The notes beneath the pieces were generated by a model. The model was not told the origin of the DNA, searched no databases, and saw nothing but the letters and a program-made list of their open reading frames with translations. This document shows positions 17,896 to 25,904 of a stretch of 61,754 nt of DNA, in pieces. A program made the translations under genes and the position numbers. Source of the DNA: a virus; IMG/VR virus record IMGVR_UViG_3300017613_001703; one strand, 5' to 3'. Each line of letters begins with the position of its first letter. Position 1 is the stretch's first letter.

Positions 17896-18222
17896 CTACA
17901 TCCCCTTTTTAAGTTTAATTTCCCTTGCACTCCAAAAATATTCAAAGTCGCAATCATCTGGTTCAAAATCATCTTGAGCCTTTTCAATAGCGTCCGCCTT
18001 TGAAACTGCCAAGATGTCAAAGGTTTCGTCGTATGAGACTTCAATACTGACTTGATACATCTTCATTTCACCAGACTCCATCAATGCCTTTTCCGTAGCG
18101 ATTTTATGGAGGCGGCTATCTATTTCGTTTAAAGCCTCTATTTGTTCCCTGTCCCCAAATTTAAGAGGACGCTTTAAAACTGACGGTACCTCCGCGTCCG
18201 GTAAAATTGAATGTAACGGCAT
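17896..18222 (-). CDS. hypothetical acidic protein (108 aa)
   Basis: AGGAGGGAACC then ATG. Tightly packed in the operon. Confidence 0.6.
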   Translation of the reverse strand: MPLHSILPDAEVPSVLKRPLKFGDREQIEALNEIDSRLHKIATEKALMESGEMKMYQVSIEVSYDETFDILAVSKADAIEKAQDDFEPDDCDFEYFWSAREIKLKKGM

Positions 18223-18245
18223 GGTTCCCTCCTAATAGTTGATCG

Positions 18246-18452
18246 TCATTTGCGGGATTTCACCATTGTTTTTAGTCGATACCCACCACCCGGCATCCAA
18301 CGGCGATCGGTTAAGTGTTGGAATTTTTCCTGGTAAACTTTATGCTGCTCATAGGTATTTTCCAGATCATCAAGAAGGATCTCAAAGCAATGATCACAAA
18401 TACCCTCATCGTCAACCAGATCCGCATTACAGGTTTCGCATTTTAATGCCAT
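18246..18452 (-). CDS. small zinc-ribbon protein (68 aa)
   Basis: CETC ... CDHC. AGGAGGCAGGACT then ATG. Confidence 0.6.
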   Translation of the reverse strand: MALKCETCNADLVDDEGICDHCFEILLDDLENTYEQHKVYQEKFQHLTDRRWMPGGGYRLKTMVKSRK

Positions 18453-18733
18453 AGTCCTGCCTCCTTCATAGCCTCATACTGGTATTCAGCCTTATCTGCC
18501 TCATACTCAGCCGCCTGCCGATCGAGATCCCCCAGGATAGCATCAATCAGGTAATCCTCTTGGCCTGCGTTGATGTTAATTTCAGCGCCATCGGCTACAA
18601 CGCTGTAGATGCAGACCTGTTCTGCAAAGCGAGGTTCATGCCACCCGTCACCGCACGGTGGCTCGTATTCGTAATGCACCACCACTTCCACATCGTCATC
18701 ATCGATTATCATGTCCGTTTCGTAGGTTGGCAT
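18443..18733 (-). CDS. strongly acidic small protein (96 aa)
   Basis: AAGGAGGGACAT context. My count gives about 25 D/E against 4 K/R. Confidence 0.6.
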   Translation of the reverse strand: MPTYETDMIIDDDDVEVVVHYEYEPPCGDGWHEPRFAEQVCIYSVVADGAEININAGQEDYLIDAILGDLDRQAAEYEADKAEYQYEAMKEAGLWH

Positions 18734-18843
18734 ATGTCCCTCCTTGTAAATCCCCCCCGGCCATTGCTAACTCGTCGGTTATGGCGCAATCAGAAGCGCC
18801 GTTAGCTGGGGCCATACCCCAGGCCGGGGGGAAACTGTGATTG

Positions 18844-19110
18844 TTACTCCCCGTACCCGTACCCGTACCCGTACCCGTCCCCGTCCCCGTCCCCGTACCC
18901 GTACCCGTACTCGTACCCGTCCCCGTACCCGTTCCCGTACCCGGTCCCGTACCCGTTCCCGTTCCCGTCCCCGTACCCGGTCCCGTTCCCGTCCCCGTAC
19001 CCGGTCCCGTTCCAGTTCCCGTACCCGTTCCCGTACCCGTGCCCGTCCCCGTCCCCGTACCCGTACTCGTACCCGTAAGTATTATGACTTTCGCCGTCAA
19101 TTATTCCCAT
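18844..19110 (-). CDS. Gly-(Tyr/Asp/Asn) dipeptide-repeat protein, copy 1 (88 aa)
   Basis: TGAGGAAATC then [17 protein letters not shown] followed by (G-X)n with X mostly Y/D/N/H (NAC codons). The start, RBS and GE-stop are conserved with copy 2. Confidence 0.55.
   Translation of the reverse strand: MGIIDGESHNTYGYEYGYGDGDGHGYGNGYGNWNGTGYGDGNGTGYGDGNGNGYGTGYGNGYGDGYEYGYGYGDGDGDGYGYGYGYGE
18850..19077. repeat. hexanucleotide array 1: (CCCGTN)38 on the + strand, equal to (NACGGG)38 on the - strand
   Basis: Read directly. 228 bp of period-6 repeat with few interruptions (tactcg, ccggtc, ccagtt). Confidence 0.95.
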
Positions 19111-19151
19111 GATTTCCTCACTCGGTGATGGCGCAATCAGAAGCGCCGTTA

Positions 19152-19454
<303 letters not shown>

Positions 19455-19464
<10 letters not shown>

Positions 19465-19778
19465 GATTTCCTCACACAGTCTATCATGGAAACCACGGTG
19501 AGCATGTTAAATCGGACGGTAGGACAGGGATCTAAAACCGTTTCCGGCAAGGGGCCTTTTTCCGCAAGCTCACCAAGTCCTTTTGTCGTACCCCATCGAC
19601 GGATGACAGAGGCATCTTCAAGCTTGCCATGCTCATTACCGTGACCATCAGCTTTGGATGTAAACAACCCCACGAACACCCAACCGCGTTGCATGATAAC
19701 GATACGCATATCACCGGTTGTTGAGTCCTTTGCCACGTACCTTACTCCGTCTAATTCTATTTCGTTTGGACAGTTCAT
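19455..19778 (-). CDS. hypothetical protein (107 aa from ATG 19778)
   Basis: AAGGAGGAAAGC then ATG. Conserved-looking core RGWVFVG...IRRWGTTKGLGELAEKGP. Function unknown. Confidence 0.65.
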
Positions 19779-19852
19779 GCTTTCCTCCTTGTGGTGAGCC
19801 GCCCCGCACAAGCCCGTTGCAGGCCAGGGACCGCAGGGCGGCTGTTGGTAGG

Positions 19853-19948
19853 TTACGGCCAAAACAGTGACGCTATAATCATGATCGGTGCGAGTACGAA
19901 TATCACTGTTAAAAAAAATGCGTTGATTATTATTTGCGTGTCTTTCAT
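19853..19948 (-). CDS. tiny single-TM peptide (31 aa), first ORF of the leftward operon
   Basis: AAGGAGGCACC then ATG. MKDTQIIINAFFLTVIFVLAPIMIIASLFWP. Confidence 0.4.
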   Translation of the reverse strand: MKDTQIIINAFFLTVIFVLAPIMIIASLFWP

Positions 19949-19972
19949 GGTGCCTCCTTGATTGGATAATTC

Positions 19973-20001
19973 ACCTTACGAATTCAAAACCATCATGTCA
20001 A
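19973..20001 (-). promoter_or_regulatory. candidate leftward sigma70-type promoter
   Basis: On the - strand: CTTGACATGATG, with -35 TTGACA, a 17-nt spacer and TAAGGT. The same CTTGACATGATG box recurs at 28432..28444. Confidence 0.4.
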
Positions 20002-20029
20002 GCATAAAATGCAAGACCAGAAATAATTC

Positions 20030-20057
20030 TTGACACGATATGCAAATGTGATAAGGA
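20030..20057 (+). promoter_or_regulatory. candidate rightward promoter
   Basis: TTGACA, 16-nt spacer, TAAGGA. The AAATGTGATAAGGATA box is shared with 28478..28495. Confidence 0.4.
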
Positions 20058-20063
20058 TAGACT

Positions 20064-20267
20064 ATGAAACCTAAATATAGAACAATTACAGACGTAGCAA
20101 GCGAATTGGGGGTTCAGGTCTGGAACCTGAGCCGGTGGCTGAATGGTAAGGCGCGGCCTCGACTACATGAGGCTGAACGCCTTGCAGGTTGTGTGAAGGG
20201 GACCACCCTGATCATGTGGTTAAGGCCCGACACAAAGGCGCTCAAAAAGGCGTTGAGGATAAAATGA
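20064..20267 (+). CDS. Cro/YdaS-like helix-turn-helix regulator (67 aa)
   Basis: TITDVASELGVQVWNLSRWLNGKARP is a helix-turn-helix pattern. First gene after the divergent promoter region. Confidence 0.65.
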   Translation: MKPKYRTITDVASELGVQVWNLSRWLNGKARPRLHEAERLAGCVKGTTLIMWLRPDTKALKKALRIK

Positions 20268-20281
20268 AGAAAGGAGAATAA

Positions 20282-20656
20282 ATGTTCGACTCGATGAGCG
20301 TTGAAGTGCAGGAAGACCCAATGAAAGAAAGCTGTTGTATAACATGCTCGCATCGCGGAGAACTGCCCGCCGCAAAATGTATGCAACAACCCCACTGCCC
20401 GCTCAACCAGCCGAGGGAACCAATTTCGTGTTTTCTGCCAAAAAAATATCCACGGCTGCATAAGGCTCGGATAAAGCCCGAAGACAGAATGCAATGTAAG
20501 TATGAGGGCTGCAACAGGATGACGGGTAATAAGGTTCCCGATATCCTGTGTTATATCCATAAAATTGTGGTACTCCGGCGAATAGCGGGGGGAGTAACCG
20601 GGCCGGACCTTTTGAAATCAGGGTGGAGAAAAAGGAAATGGCTTACCACAAAGTAG
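20282..20656 (+). CDS. Cys-rich hypothetical protein (124 aa)
   Basis: AAAGGAGAATAA then ATG. CCITCSH...C...HCP, C..EGC. Confidence 0.6.
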   Translation: MFDSMSVEVQEDPMKESCCITCSHRGELPAAKCMQQPHCPLNQPREPISCFLPKKYPRLHKARIKPEDRMQCKYEGCNRMTGNKVPDILCYIHKIVVLRRIAGGVTGPDLLKSGWRKRKWLTTK

Positions 20657-20657
20657 C

Positions 20658-20831
20658 ATGCCACACTGTGGCACTTGCGCGGCGAACCAGAGTGTGTTAG
20701 GTTGGATAAAACCTTCAGCCTGGATAGAGGCTATGCACACAATCTTTGAACATGAAAATGGACCCATCACAAGCGGCATTCCCGATGCCGTGGAGCTATC
20801 CCTCCCGTGGTGGGTCTTTTTGCGTGGTTAA
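20658..20831 (+). CDS. possible small protein (57 aa)
   Basis: The ATG lies 1 nt after the preceding stop. The ORF fills the gap exactly and stops just before the next RBS. No SD of its own. Confidence 0.3.
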   Translation: MPHCGTCAANQSVLGWIKPSAWIEAMHTIFEHENGPITSGIPDAVELSLPWWVFLRG

Positions 20832-20840
20832 GGAGTGGCT

Positions 20841-21284
20841 ATGATCTATTTTATCCAGTGCGGAACCAACGGACCTATCAAAATCGGGCAGACTGACAAC
20901 GGTGTTGAACAACGTATGGCGCAGCTTCAGACCGGGTGCCCGTATGAACTGAAACTACTTTGGGTTTATAACGGCGAGGAATACACTGAGGCGTCAATCC
21001 ATGTAAATTTTAAACATGAATGTGTCCGTGGCGAATGGTTCCACCCAAGCAAAAAGCTTATTTATTTTATTAAATCAGAACTGTGTAATTATCACTATAT
21101 AGAAACCGATAATGGTAGATATTTGGAATTTATAGAAACCTTTAAAGGTAATGACCAATTAGGTATAAAAACAAGCAAAAAAAGAAATATATGGCACAAT
21201 TTTTACTTTGACTATGAGGGCCATGGCCTATGTATCGCACCATGCGACACAAAAGTTAAATTAAAACTGTACGGTTCAGATTAA
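20841..21284 (+). CDS. T5orf172/MUG113-type (GIY-YIG superfamily) domain protein (147 aa)
   Basis: IYFIQCGTNGPIKIGQTDNGVEQRMAQLQTGCPYELKLL...RGEWF matches the T5orf172 pattern. AAGGAG RBS. Confidence 0.7.
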   Translation: MIYFIQCGTNGPIKIGQTDNGVEQRMAQLQTGCPYELKLLWVYNGEEYTEASIHVNFKHECVRGEWFHPSKKLIYFIKSELCNYHYIETDNGRYLEFIETFKGNDQLGIKTSKKRNIWHNFYFDYEGHGLCIAPCDTKVKLKLYGSD

Positions 21285-21286
21285 AA

Positions 21287-22129
21287 ATGGCCTCCCCTCA
21301 AAAAGAAAATGGGTACACTCCAATAGCCAATGAAATTATGGACGAATTAGCAAAGTCTAAAATAACAGGGCAAGAGTTCAGGCTTATAATGCACATACTT
21401 AGAAACACATATGGATATTCAAGAAAAGAGTACACAGCAAGCCTTTCAAAAATAGGCCAAGTTATTGGAATGAATCGTATTGTTGTTAAAAAAACATCAG
21501 ACATGCTGTTATCGCGGAAGGTAATAGGTGTTACCCCCGGCGGTAACAGCAACCCCTCAACATACTGGATTAATAAGGATTATGATTCTTGGTGTTACCC
21601 TATAAGGTTACAGCAAGGTGTTACCGCGGGAGGTAACAAAGCTGTTACCGCGGGGGGTAACAAATTAAAGATTCTACCTATAGATGAAAACAATAAAAGC
21701 AAAAAGAAAAAAAGAAAAAAAGAAAAATACAACTTCAGAAACTTTTCCGAATATCCAAACTGGTTGGATATGGCTTTGTTTTTTGAGTTTTGCGATGCCA
21801 GGGAAAAGCTAAAAAATGGCGGCATAAATTCAGATAGGGCTGTGAATGGGCTTTTGAATAAACTAAAAGGCTTTGTAGATGTTGGGTACACTCAAGAACA
21901 AGTTATTGACGAAGCGATAACCGGAAATTGGAAATCATTTTACGAACCGAAACTTCCACCGGCCTATAAAGGCACCATCAAACCTACCACCTACGCCCAG
22001 AAGCAACACTATGACACCCAACTACAAGTCGCAGCCATAAGGAAATACGAGGATGAATGTAGACAAGAGAACGATCAGTGCAGAGATAGCGAAGCTAAAC
22101 CTCGCCTTGAACGCAAGAAGATCGGTTGA
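21287..22129 (+). CDS. replication initiator, lambda O-like N-terminal domain (280 aa)
   Basis: YTPIANEIMDELAKSKITGQEFRLIMHILRNTYGYSRKE..SLSKIGQVIGMNRIVVKK matches the Phage_rep_O pattern. Iterons and an AT-rich tract lie inside the gene. Confidence 0.75.
   Translation: MASPQKENGYTPIANEIMDELAKSKITGQEFRLIMHILRNTYGYSRKEYTASLSKIGQVIGMNRIVVKKTSDMLLSRKVIGVTPGGNSNPSTYWINKDYDSWCYPIRLQQGVTAGGNKAVTAGGNKLKILPIDENNKSKKKKRKKEKYNFRNFSEYPNWLDMALFFEFCDAREKLKNGGINSDRAVNGLLNKLKGFVDVGYTQEQVIDEAITGNWKSFYEPKLPPAYKGTIKPTTYAQKQHYDTQLQVAAIRKYEDECRQENDQCRDSEAKPRLERKKIG
21509..21740. promoter_or_regulatory. candidate replication origin: five 18-bp palindromic iterons plus an A-rich tract inside the O-like gene
   Basis: GTTAYC-N6-GGTWAY at 21509, 21531, 21595, 21621 and 21645. 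This is followed by 21663..21740, which is A/T-rich (aaaagcaaaaagaaaaaaagaaaaaaagaaaaa). Confidence 0.65.
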
Positions 22130-22526
22130 CGAACTGAGGCTGCTTACCGACATCTGGTGGGTGGACTGCCAGCACATGTCAACTAATAGATTTATCGAGG
22201 CGGTTGCTGAATGCCGCAAGACATCCAAGTGGTTTCCATCCCCATCCGAAATTTGCAAAGCATACGATCAGATCGTTTGGAACCTTCCTGAACCGGGAGT
22301 GAAATTGCTGGATGTTTCCGAACGCCTTGACGCTGACCAAGAAGCCGAACGGATGGAAGCGTTAAAAGCAATAATGGCGCCAGAGGCACAAACGATATTC
22401 ATTGCTGAGAGGTATAAGCCTGACAACCTGATGTGCGAAAAAGATTTGAATGTTGTTTATGTTCCGGAACCGTTGAAGGAAAACAAGCGGCGTTACAAGG
22501 CGGGATTGGAGTTTATTACCCAATAA
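22053..22526 (+). CDS. hypothetical protein (157 aa), replication-module position
   Basis: Long ORF overlapping the O-like gene end by 77 nt. The start is uncertain. No motif. Confidence 0.5.
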   Translation: MNVDKRTISAEIAKLNLALNARRSVDELRLLTDIWWVDCQHMSTNRFIEAVAECRKTSKWFPSPSEICKAYDQIVWNLPEPGVKLLDVSERLDADQEAERMEALKAIMAPEAQTIFIAERYKPDNLMCEKDLNVVYVPEPLKENKRRYKAGLEFITQ

Positions 22527-22572
22527 CCAGCAGATAGGAGTGGGCGATGAAGGGCCGAGTCAGGAGGGACGA

Positions 22573-22995
22573 ATGTCACACATAATGCCTTTCCATCCAA
22601 AATTCGGGGTTAGGTTGGTATGGATCTTCATACAAGAAGTTTTCCCACTTTTACGCAACCGGGACCATATTCTTGAAATCAAGGAACGATCCGGCACAAG
22701 GACACCGACGATCAACGCATATTATTTCAAGATTGTGATAGGCGCGTTTATGCTGGAAATGGGTGTGCCAGAATCAGAAAGCGGTAGGGCCTACGTGCAC
22801 TATGATATATTGGGGCAGGAGTTACGGCAGATACCGGATCCACACCGGCCAGGCAAGACCATGACACAGCGCACACGAGATATGACCGGATCGGAGTTCT
22901 GGAAATATCTTGGCAAGTGCTCCAATTTGTTCCAGCATTTTTACTACTATGTTTATCCGCCGCCTGAAAACAGTTTGCGGCCGAGGGAGGAATAA
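22573..22995 (+). CDS. hypothetical protein, weak NinB/Orf-like resemblance (140 aa)
   Basis: AGGAGGGACGA then ATG 22573. ERSGTRTPTINAYYFKIV and TRDMTGSEFWKYL resemble NinB segments, from memory only. Confidence 0.4.
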   Translation: MSHIMPFHPKFGVRLVWIFIQEVFPLLRNRDHILEIKERSGTRTPTINAYYFKIVIGAFMLEMGVPESESGRAYVHYDILGQELRQIPDPHRPGKTMTQRTRDMTGSEFWKYLGKCSNLFQHFYYYVYPPPENSLRPREE

Positions 22996-22996
22996 A

Positions 22997-23197
22997 ATGA
23001 AACCATGCGACTGCGATAGCATTGCCGATACAATGAGACTACAAGAAGCGGGTCTTGAATCAAACAATTTCAGTATCACTGTAAAGCCGATGTCTGTTTT
23101 TATACGAATTAAACCGTATGCCGAGATCCGCTTGCCGATGAAATACTTTAAACTCTTTGCGGAATGGTATTTAACCGATCAGGTTGGGGAGGAATAA
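22997..23197 (+). CDS. hypothetical protein (66 aa)
   Basis: GGGAGGAATAAA then ATGAAACCA. The same 21-nt start context recurs at 23187. Confidence 0.55.
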   Translation: MKPCDCDSIADTMRLQEAGLESNNFSITVKPMSVFIRIKPYAEIRLPMKYFKLFAEWYLTDQVGEE

Positions 23198-23198
23198 A

Positions 23199-23399
23199 AT
23201 GAAACCAATAGCCATAAAGATAGTTTATCTCAAACCGGCACAGTACGCATATGATGCAGATGTTAAGCCTGAAGTTGAATTCCCTCTTACCCAAGAAACA
23301 TTACGGATGGTGAAGGATGTTATAAATAAGTTTGGAGATGGCTACACCGGCCACGACCTTCTTGCGGCGTGGGAGAGTGACAATGACGGGGAGGGGTGA
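23199..23399 (+). CDS. hypothetical protein (66 aa)
   Basis: GGGAGGAATAAA then ATGAAACCA start context. Confidence 0.55.
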   Translation: MKPIAIKIVYLKPAQYAYDADVKPEVEFPLTQETLRMVKDVINKFGDGYTGHDLLAAWESDNDGEG

Positions 23400-23400
23400 A

Positions 23401-23652
23401 ATGGCTCACAAATGTAAAGTATGCGACCAATTATCGGACAGTCTGACTAAATTTGGAAAACATGGGTGGTATCATCCAATATGTGTATTTGATGCGTGGC
23501 AAGCGGCACTTGAAGAATTAGACGGGTATAGATGTGCTGAATACGCTCGTAAACACCCCACGCCGATTTTACGCAAAAGTCGATGCACCTGCGACATCCA
23601 CGACAAAGTGTATTACGGGTGCCATTGCGGGGCGGCAGAACATGACTCCTGA
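23401..23652 (+). CDS. small Cys-rich protein (83 aa)
   Basis: ATG 23401 follows GGGGTGAA. CKVCD ... HPIC ... CTCD ... CHC. Confidence 0.55.
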   Translation: MAHKCKVCDQLSDSLTKFGKHGWYHPICVFDAWQAALEELDGYRCAEYARKHPTPILRKSRCTCDIHDKVYYGCHCGAAEHDS

Positions 23653-23965
23653 TCCGAAGCCGCCCAAGCACCGGAAGCGCAAGCGATCTGGCCGACTGAA
23701 CGGGCTCGCTTTGAAACGGTTTAGGGACGCGGTGCTATATCGTGACGGGTACGCCTGTGTTAATCCTAACTGCGAATGCCGGACGAACCCAACACTGCCC
23801 TCCATATGCTACCTGTTATCCATTCATCACCGTCAGAAACGCTCTCAGGGCGGTTCAGACACTATCGGGAATTGTGTGACTTTGTGTAATTTATGCCACG
23901 ACCTTGTTGAAAAACACAAATTATCAGAGGATTTTATTGATGAATATTTGGAGGGGATGAAATGA
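23642..23965 (+). CDS. HNH endonuclease (107 aa)
   Basis: CVNPNCEC ... SIHHRQKRSQGGSDTIGNCVTLCNLCHDLVEKH (HNH with Zn-binding Cys pairs). Confidence 0.85.
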   Translation: MTPDPKPPKHRKRKRSGRLNGLALKRFRDAVLYRDGYACVNPNCECRTNPTLPSICYLLSIHHRQKRSQGGSDTIGNCVTLCNLCHDLVEKHKLSEDFIDEYLEGMK

Positions 23966-24171
23966 AAGACTACGCAAAACCGTTATGGTGGCCTGAATGT
24001 CCATACAGCAAGGATGTTTTCACAATGGAACTGAGTGAACTCACCAAGATTATAAAAAACGACAAGATATTAACGGCGATCAGTGGTTGCCTTGGGCGTT
24101 ATTTCTGGACGGTGGCGTCGAACATGATTTATGAAAGTTGGATAAAATACGAGGACAACCAGTCTAAGTAG
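23962..24171 (+). CDS. hypothetical protein (69 aa)
   Basis: GGAGGGGATGAA then ATG, with an ATGA overlap. Confidence 0.55.
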   Translation: MKDYAKPLWWPECPYSKDVFTMELSELTKIIKNDKILTAISGCLGRYFWTVASNMIYESWIKYEDNQSK

Positions 24172-24185
24172 CGGTAAGCGAACCA

Positions 24186-24220
24186 GGCCGGTGCAGGATG
24201 GGAAAAGGGCTGCACCGGCC
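24186..24220 (+). terminator. perfect 11-bp GC-rich hairpin (GGCCGGTGCAG-N13-CTGCACCGGCC), no U-tract
   Basis: Read directly in the 72-nt gap between 24171 and 24244. Confidence 0.4.
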
Positions 24221-24243
24221 CCACTCACAACAAGGAGGGGAAT

Positions 24244-24639
24244 ATGTACGAAGAATCGAAACAACCATATTTAATGGAGTTGAAGGAACGGCGCGAACTG
24301 GAAAAGTGGATAGAGTTTAAGGAACGGCACGAAGCGGAACAAGAGGCTAAAATGAGTCTTGGCGCTGGTAAAGTGGGTAGTATGGCTGTACAGCAGGACG
24401 GCGAGGTTATCAGGGCAATGAATGAAATAAACTCAGCGATAGACAGATCTGAATCTTTGGTCAACACCCTTTCCGAAAAGCTTGTGCCGGTTTTGAGCCA
24501 ACCGCACCCGGAACCGGGAGAAACTAATAAACGGGAACAGCCGGACGCTCCACTCGCGAGTACGATGCGGCATTTGTCGGATCGTGTTGATAACATCACT
24601 GGTGTTTTGCAGGACTTGATTGAAAGGATCGAGCTTTGA
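24244..24639 (+). CDS. hypothetical coiled-coil protein (131 aa)
   Basis: ACAAGGAGGGGAAT then ATG. Confidence 0.65.
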   Translation: MYEESKQPYLMELKERRELEKWIEFKERHEAEQEAKMSLGAGKVGSMAVQQDGEVIRAMNEINSAIDRSESLVNTLSEKLVPVLSQPHPEPGETNKREQPDAPLASTMRHLSDRVDNITGVLQDLIERIEL

Positions 24640-25103
24640 AAAACCCAAAAACAAAACGGGGTGAAGCTGAAAGAGCGGGAGAATGGTTTTTGCATGAAAT
24701 CGAGGGATGTGTCGAAACTGTTAGGGCAATACGCACCAAATGGCAGCGGCAAGACCTGTTTGCGTCCGATGTAGTGGGTAAAAAGAAAAACGGTGCCCAT
24801 GTGTACGCTCAAGTGACAGCGGGCCAGGATGGGGCTGTAAGGGTGCGTAGGCGCAAGCTGGATAAAATACCGTGGCACCCGTCAGACAAGGTTTTTCTGC
24901 TTCAGCTTGTTCATACCGCGAACCCGGCAAATGCAAGGTCGAAGTTGTGGTTTTTCAGGGTCCATCGAATGAATACGGCTATGTTGACTTGGAAGGTTGA
25001 CGATGTTGCCCAGGATGTTCCTAAACTTTGGTTTAAGGCGTGGAAGAACGAGGAAAAAAAGAGGATGGACGCCGCCTGCGACATTGCAGATAAGTGTTTT
25101 TGA
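24636..25103 (+). CDS. hypothetical protein (155 aa, TTG start), possible PD-(D/E)XK-like nuclease fold
   Basis: The TTG overlaps the preceding TGA and AAAGGA lies upstream. E..G...DLFASDVVG...VYAQVT is only loosely nuclease-like. Confidence 0.45.
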   Translation: MKNPKTKRGEAERAGEWFLHEIEGCVETVRAIRTKWQRQDLFASDVVGKKKNGAHVYAQVTAGQDGAVRVRRRKLDKIPWHPSDKVFLLQLVHTANPANARSKLWFFRVHRMNTAMLTWKVDDVAQDVPKLWFKAWKNEEKKRMDAACDIADKCF

Positions 25104-25116
25104 TAGGGGGGATGAA

Positions 25117-25332
25117 ATGAAAGACCATGAAACCGAATACCTGGCACTAAAAAACCGGATTCTTTTCAACTGCGGTAGCAGAAAGGTTGGACTATCGATC
25201 ATCTGCGATGTTGACCGGCTGCGGGAAGCTGATGAGGCCGCGACGATTGATAACACGCTTGACCTGGTACGGAGCATGATACAAGAGCACGGGGTTTCTA
25301 TTCTTTACGAGAAGGAATTGGTTGAGGGGTAA
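25117..25332 (+). CDS. hypothetical protein (71 aa)
   Basis: GGGGGGATGAA then ATG 25117. Confidence 0.55.
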   Translation: MKDHETEYLALKNRILFNCGSRKVGLSIICDVDRLREADEAATIDNTLDLVRSMIQEHGVSILYEKELVEG

Positions 25333-25481
25333 ATTCATGGGGGTATATGCTAAAACCTTATTTTGAAACAGAAAACGGCAAATTATTTCATATCGGAAAG
25401 AAAAGCAACACTTTTTATTAAGTGTAATAACGGGTATTTATTATTAGCCCTGTTTTTTATTTCCGAAACGGAAAATATATG

Positions 25482-25509
25482 TTGTTTTTAAAAAAGACGA
25501 GTATAAGGT
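25482..25509 (+). promoter_or_regulatory. candidate rightward promoter
   Basis: TTGTTT, 16-nt spacer, TAAGGT (TATAAGGTA) in an AT-rich 210-bp gap. Confidence 0.3.
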
Positions 25510-25541
25510 AGTAAACACAGCAACCAAAACAGGAGGAGAAT

Positions 25542-25775
25542 ATGTTTGAACTCGAAAAAGGGGTGCCCGTCCCAAAGGGACGAAGGGGTGCAAAATACCC
25601 CATTCCCGAAATGGAAGTAGGTGACAGTTTCTTCATTCCTACAAAAGACAGGGCTGAATCCGCAAGGTTCAGAAACTCCATTAATGGTGTATGTAGATAT
25701 GCAAAAGTAGGCAGCAGCAAAGAGTTCACCCTTAGGGCTGTAGAAGGCGGTTTGCGTTGTTGGAGGATAAAATGA
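25542..25775 (+). CDS. hypothetical protein (77 aa)
   Basis: CAGGAGGAGAAT then ATG. Confidence 0.65.
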   Translation: MFELEKGVPVPKGRRGAKYPIPEMEVGDSFFIPTKDRAESARFRNSINGVCRYAKVGSSKEFTLRAVEGGLRCWRIK

Positions 25776-25864
25776 GAACCACATAAGATAGCATAACGGA
25801 CCAGCTTAAATCAATCCCTCTTATACCACGAACGGTCATAAGATAACTGCGTCCAAAAGGAAAA

Positions 25865-25887
25865 GCCGCCCCAAGCAACAGGGCGGC
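25865..25887. terminator. bidirectional intrinsic terminator between convergent genes
   Basis: GCCGCCC-N9-GGGCGGC. An A-run lies upstream, giving a U-run for the - strand transcript. Confidence 0.6.
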
Positions 25888-25904
25888 TCGTTAAGTAAGG
25901 CGGG

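Noticed and set aside
20800-20821. Terminator-like CCCTCC-CGT-GGTGGG hairpin followed by TCTTTTT
   Set aside because: The stem has a mismatch. The element lies inside a gap-filling 57-codon ORF (20658..20831) and immediately before the next RBS. It is too ambiguous to call.
24225-24878. 217-aa minus-strand ORF, and similar long antisense ORFs (31613..32245, 35599..36090, 42916..43644, 56528..57028, 61280..61723).
   Set aside because: They lie opposite well-supported genes with RBSs or motifs. Their composition is Ser/Leu/Cys/Pro-biased junk. They have no SD and would be isolated against the operon direction.
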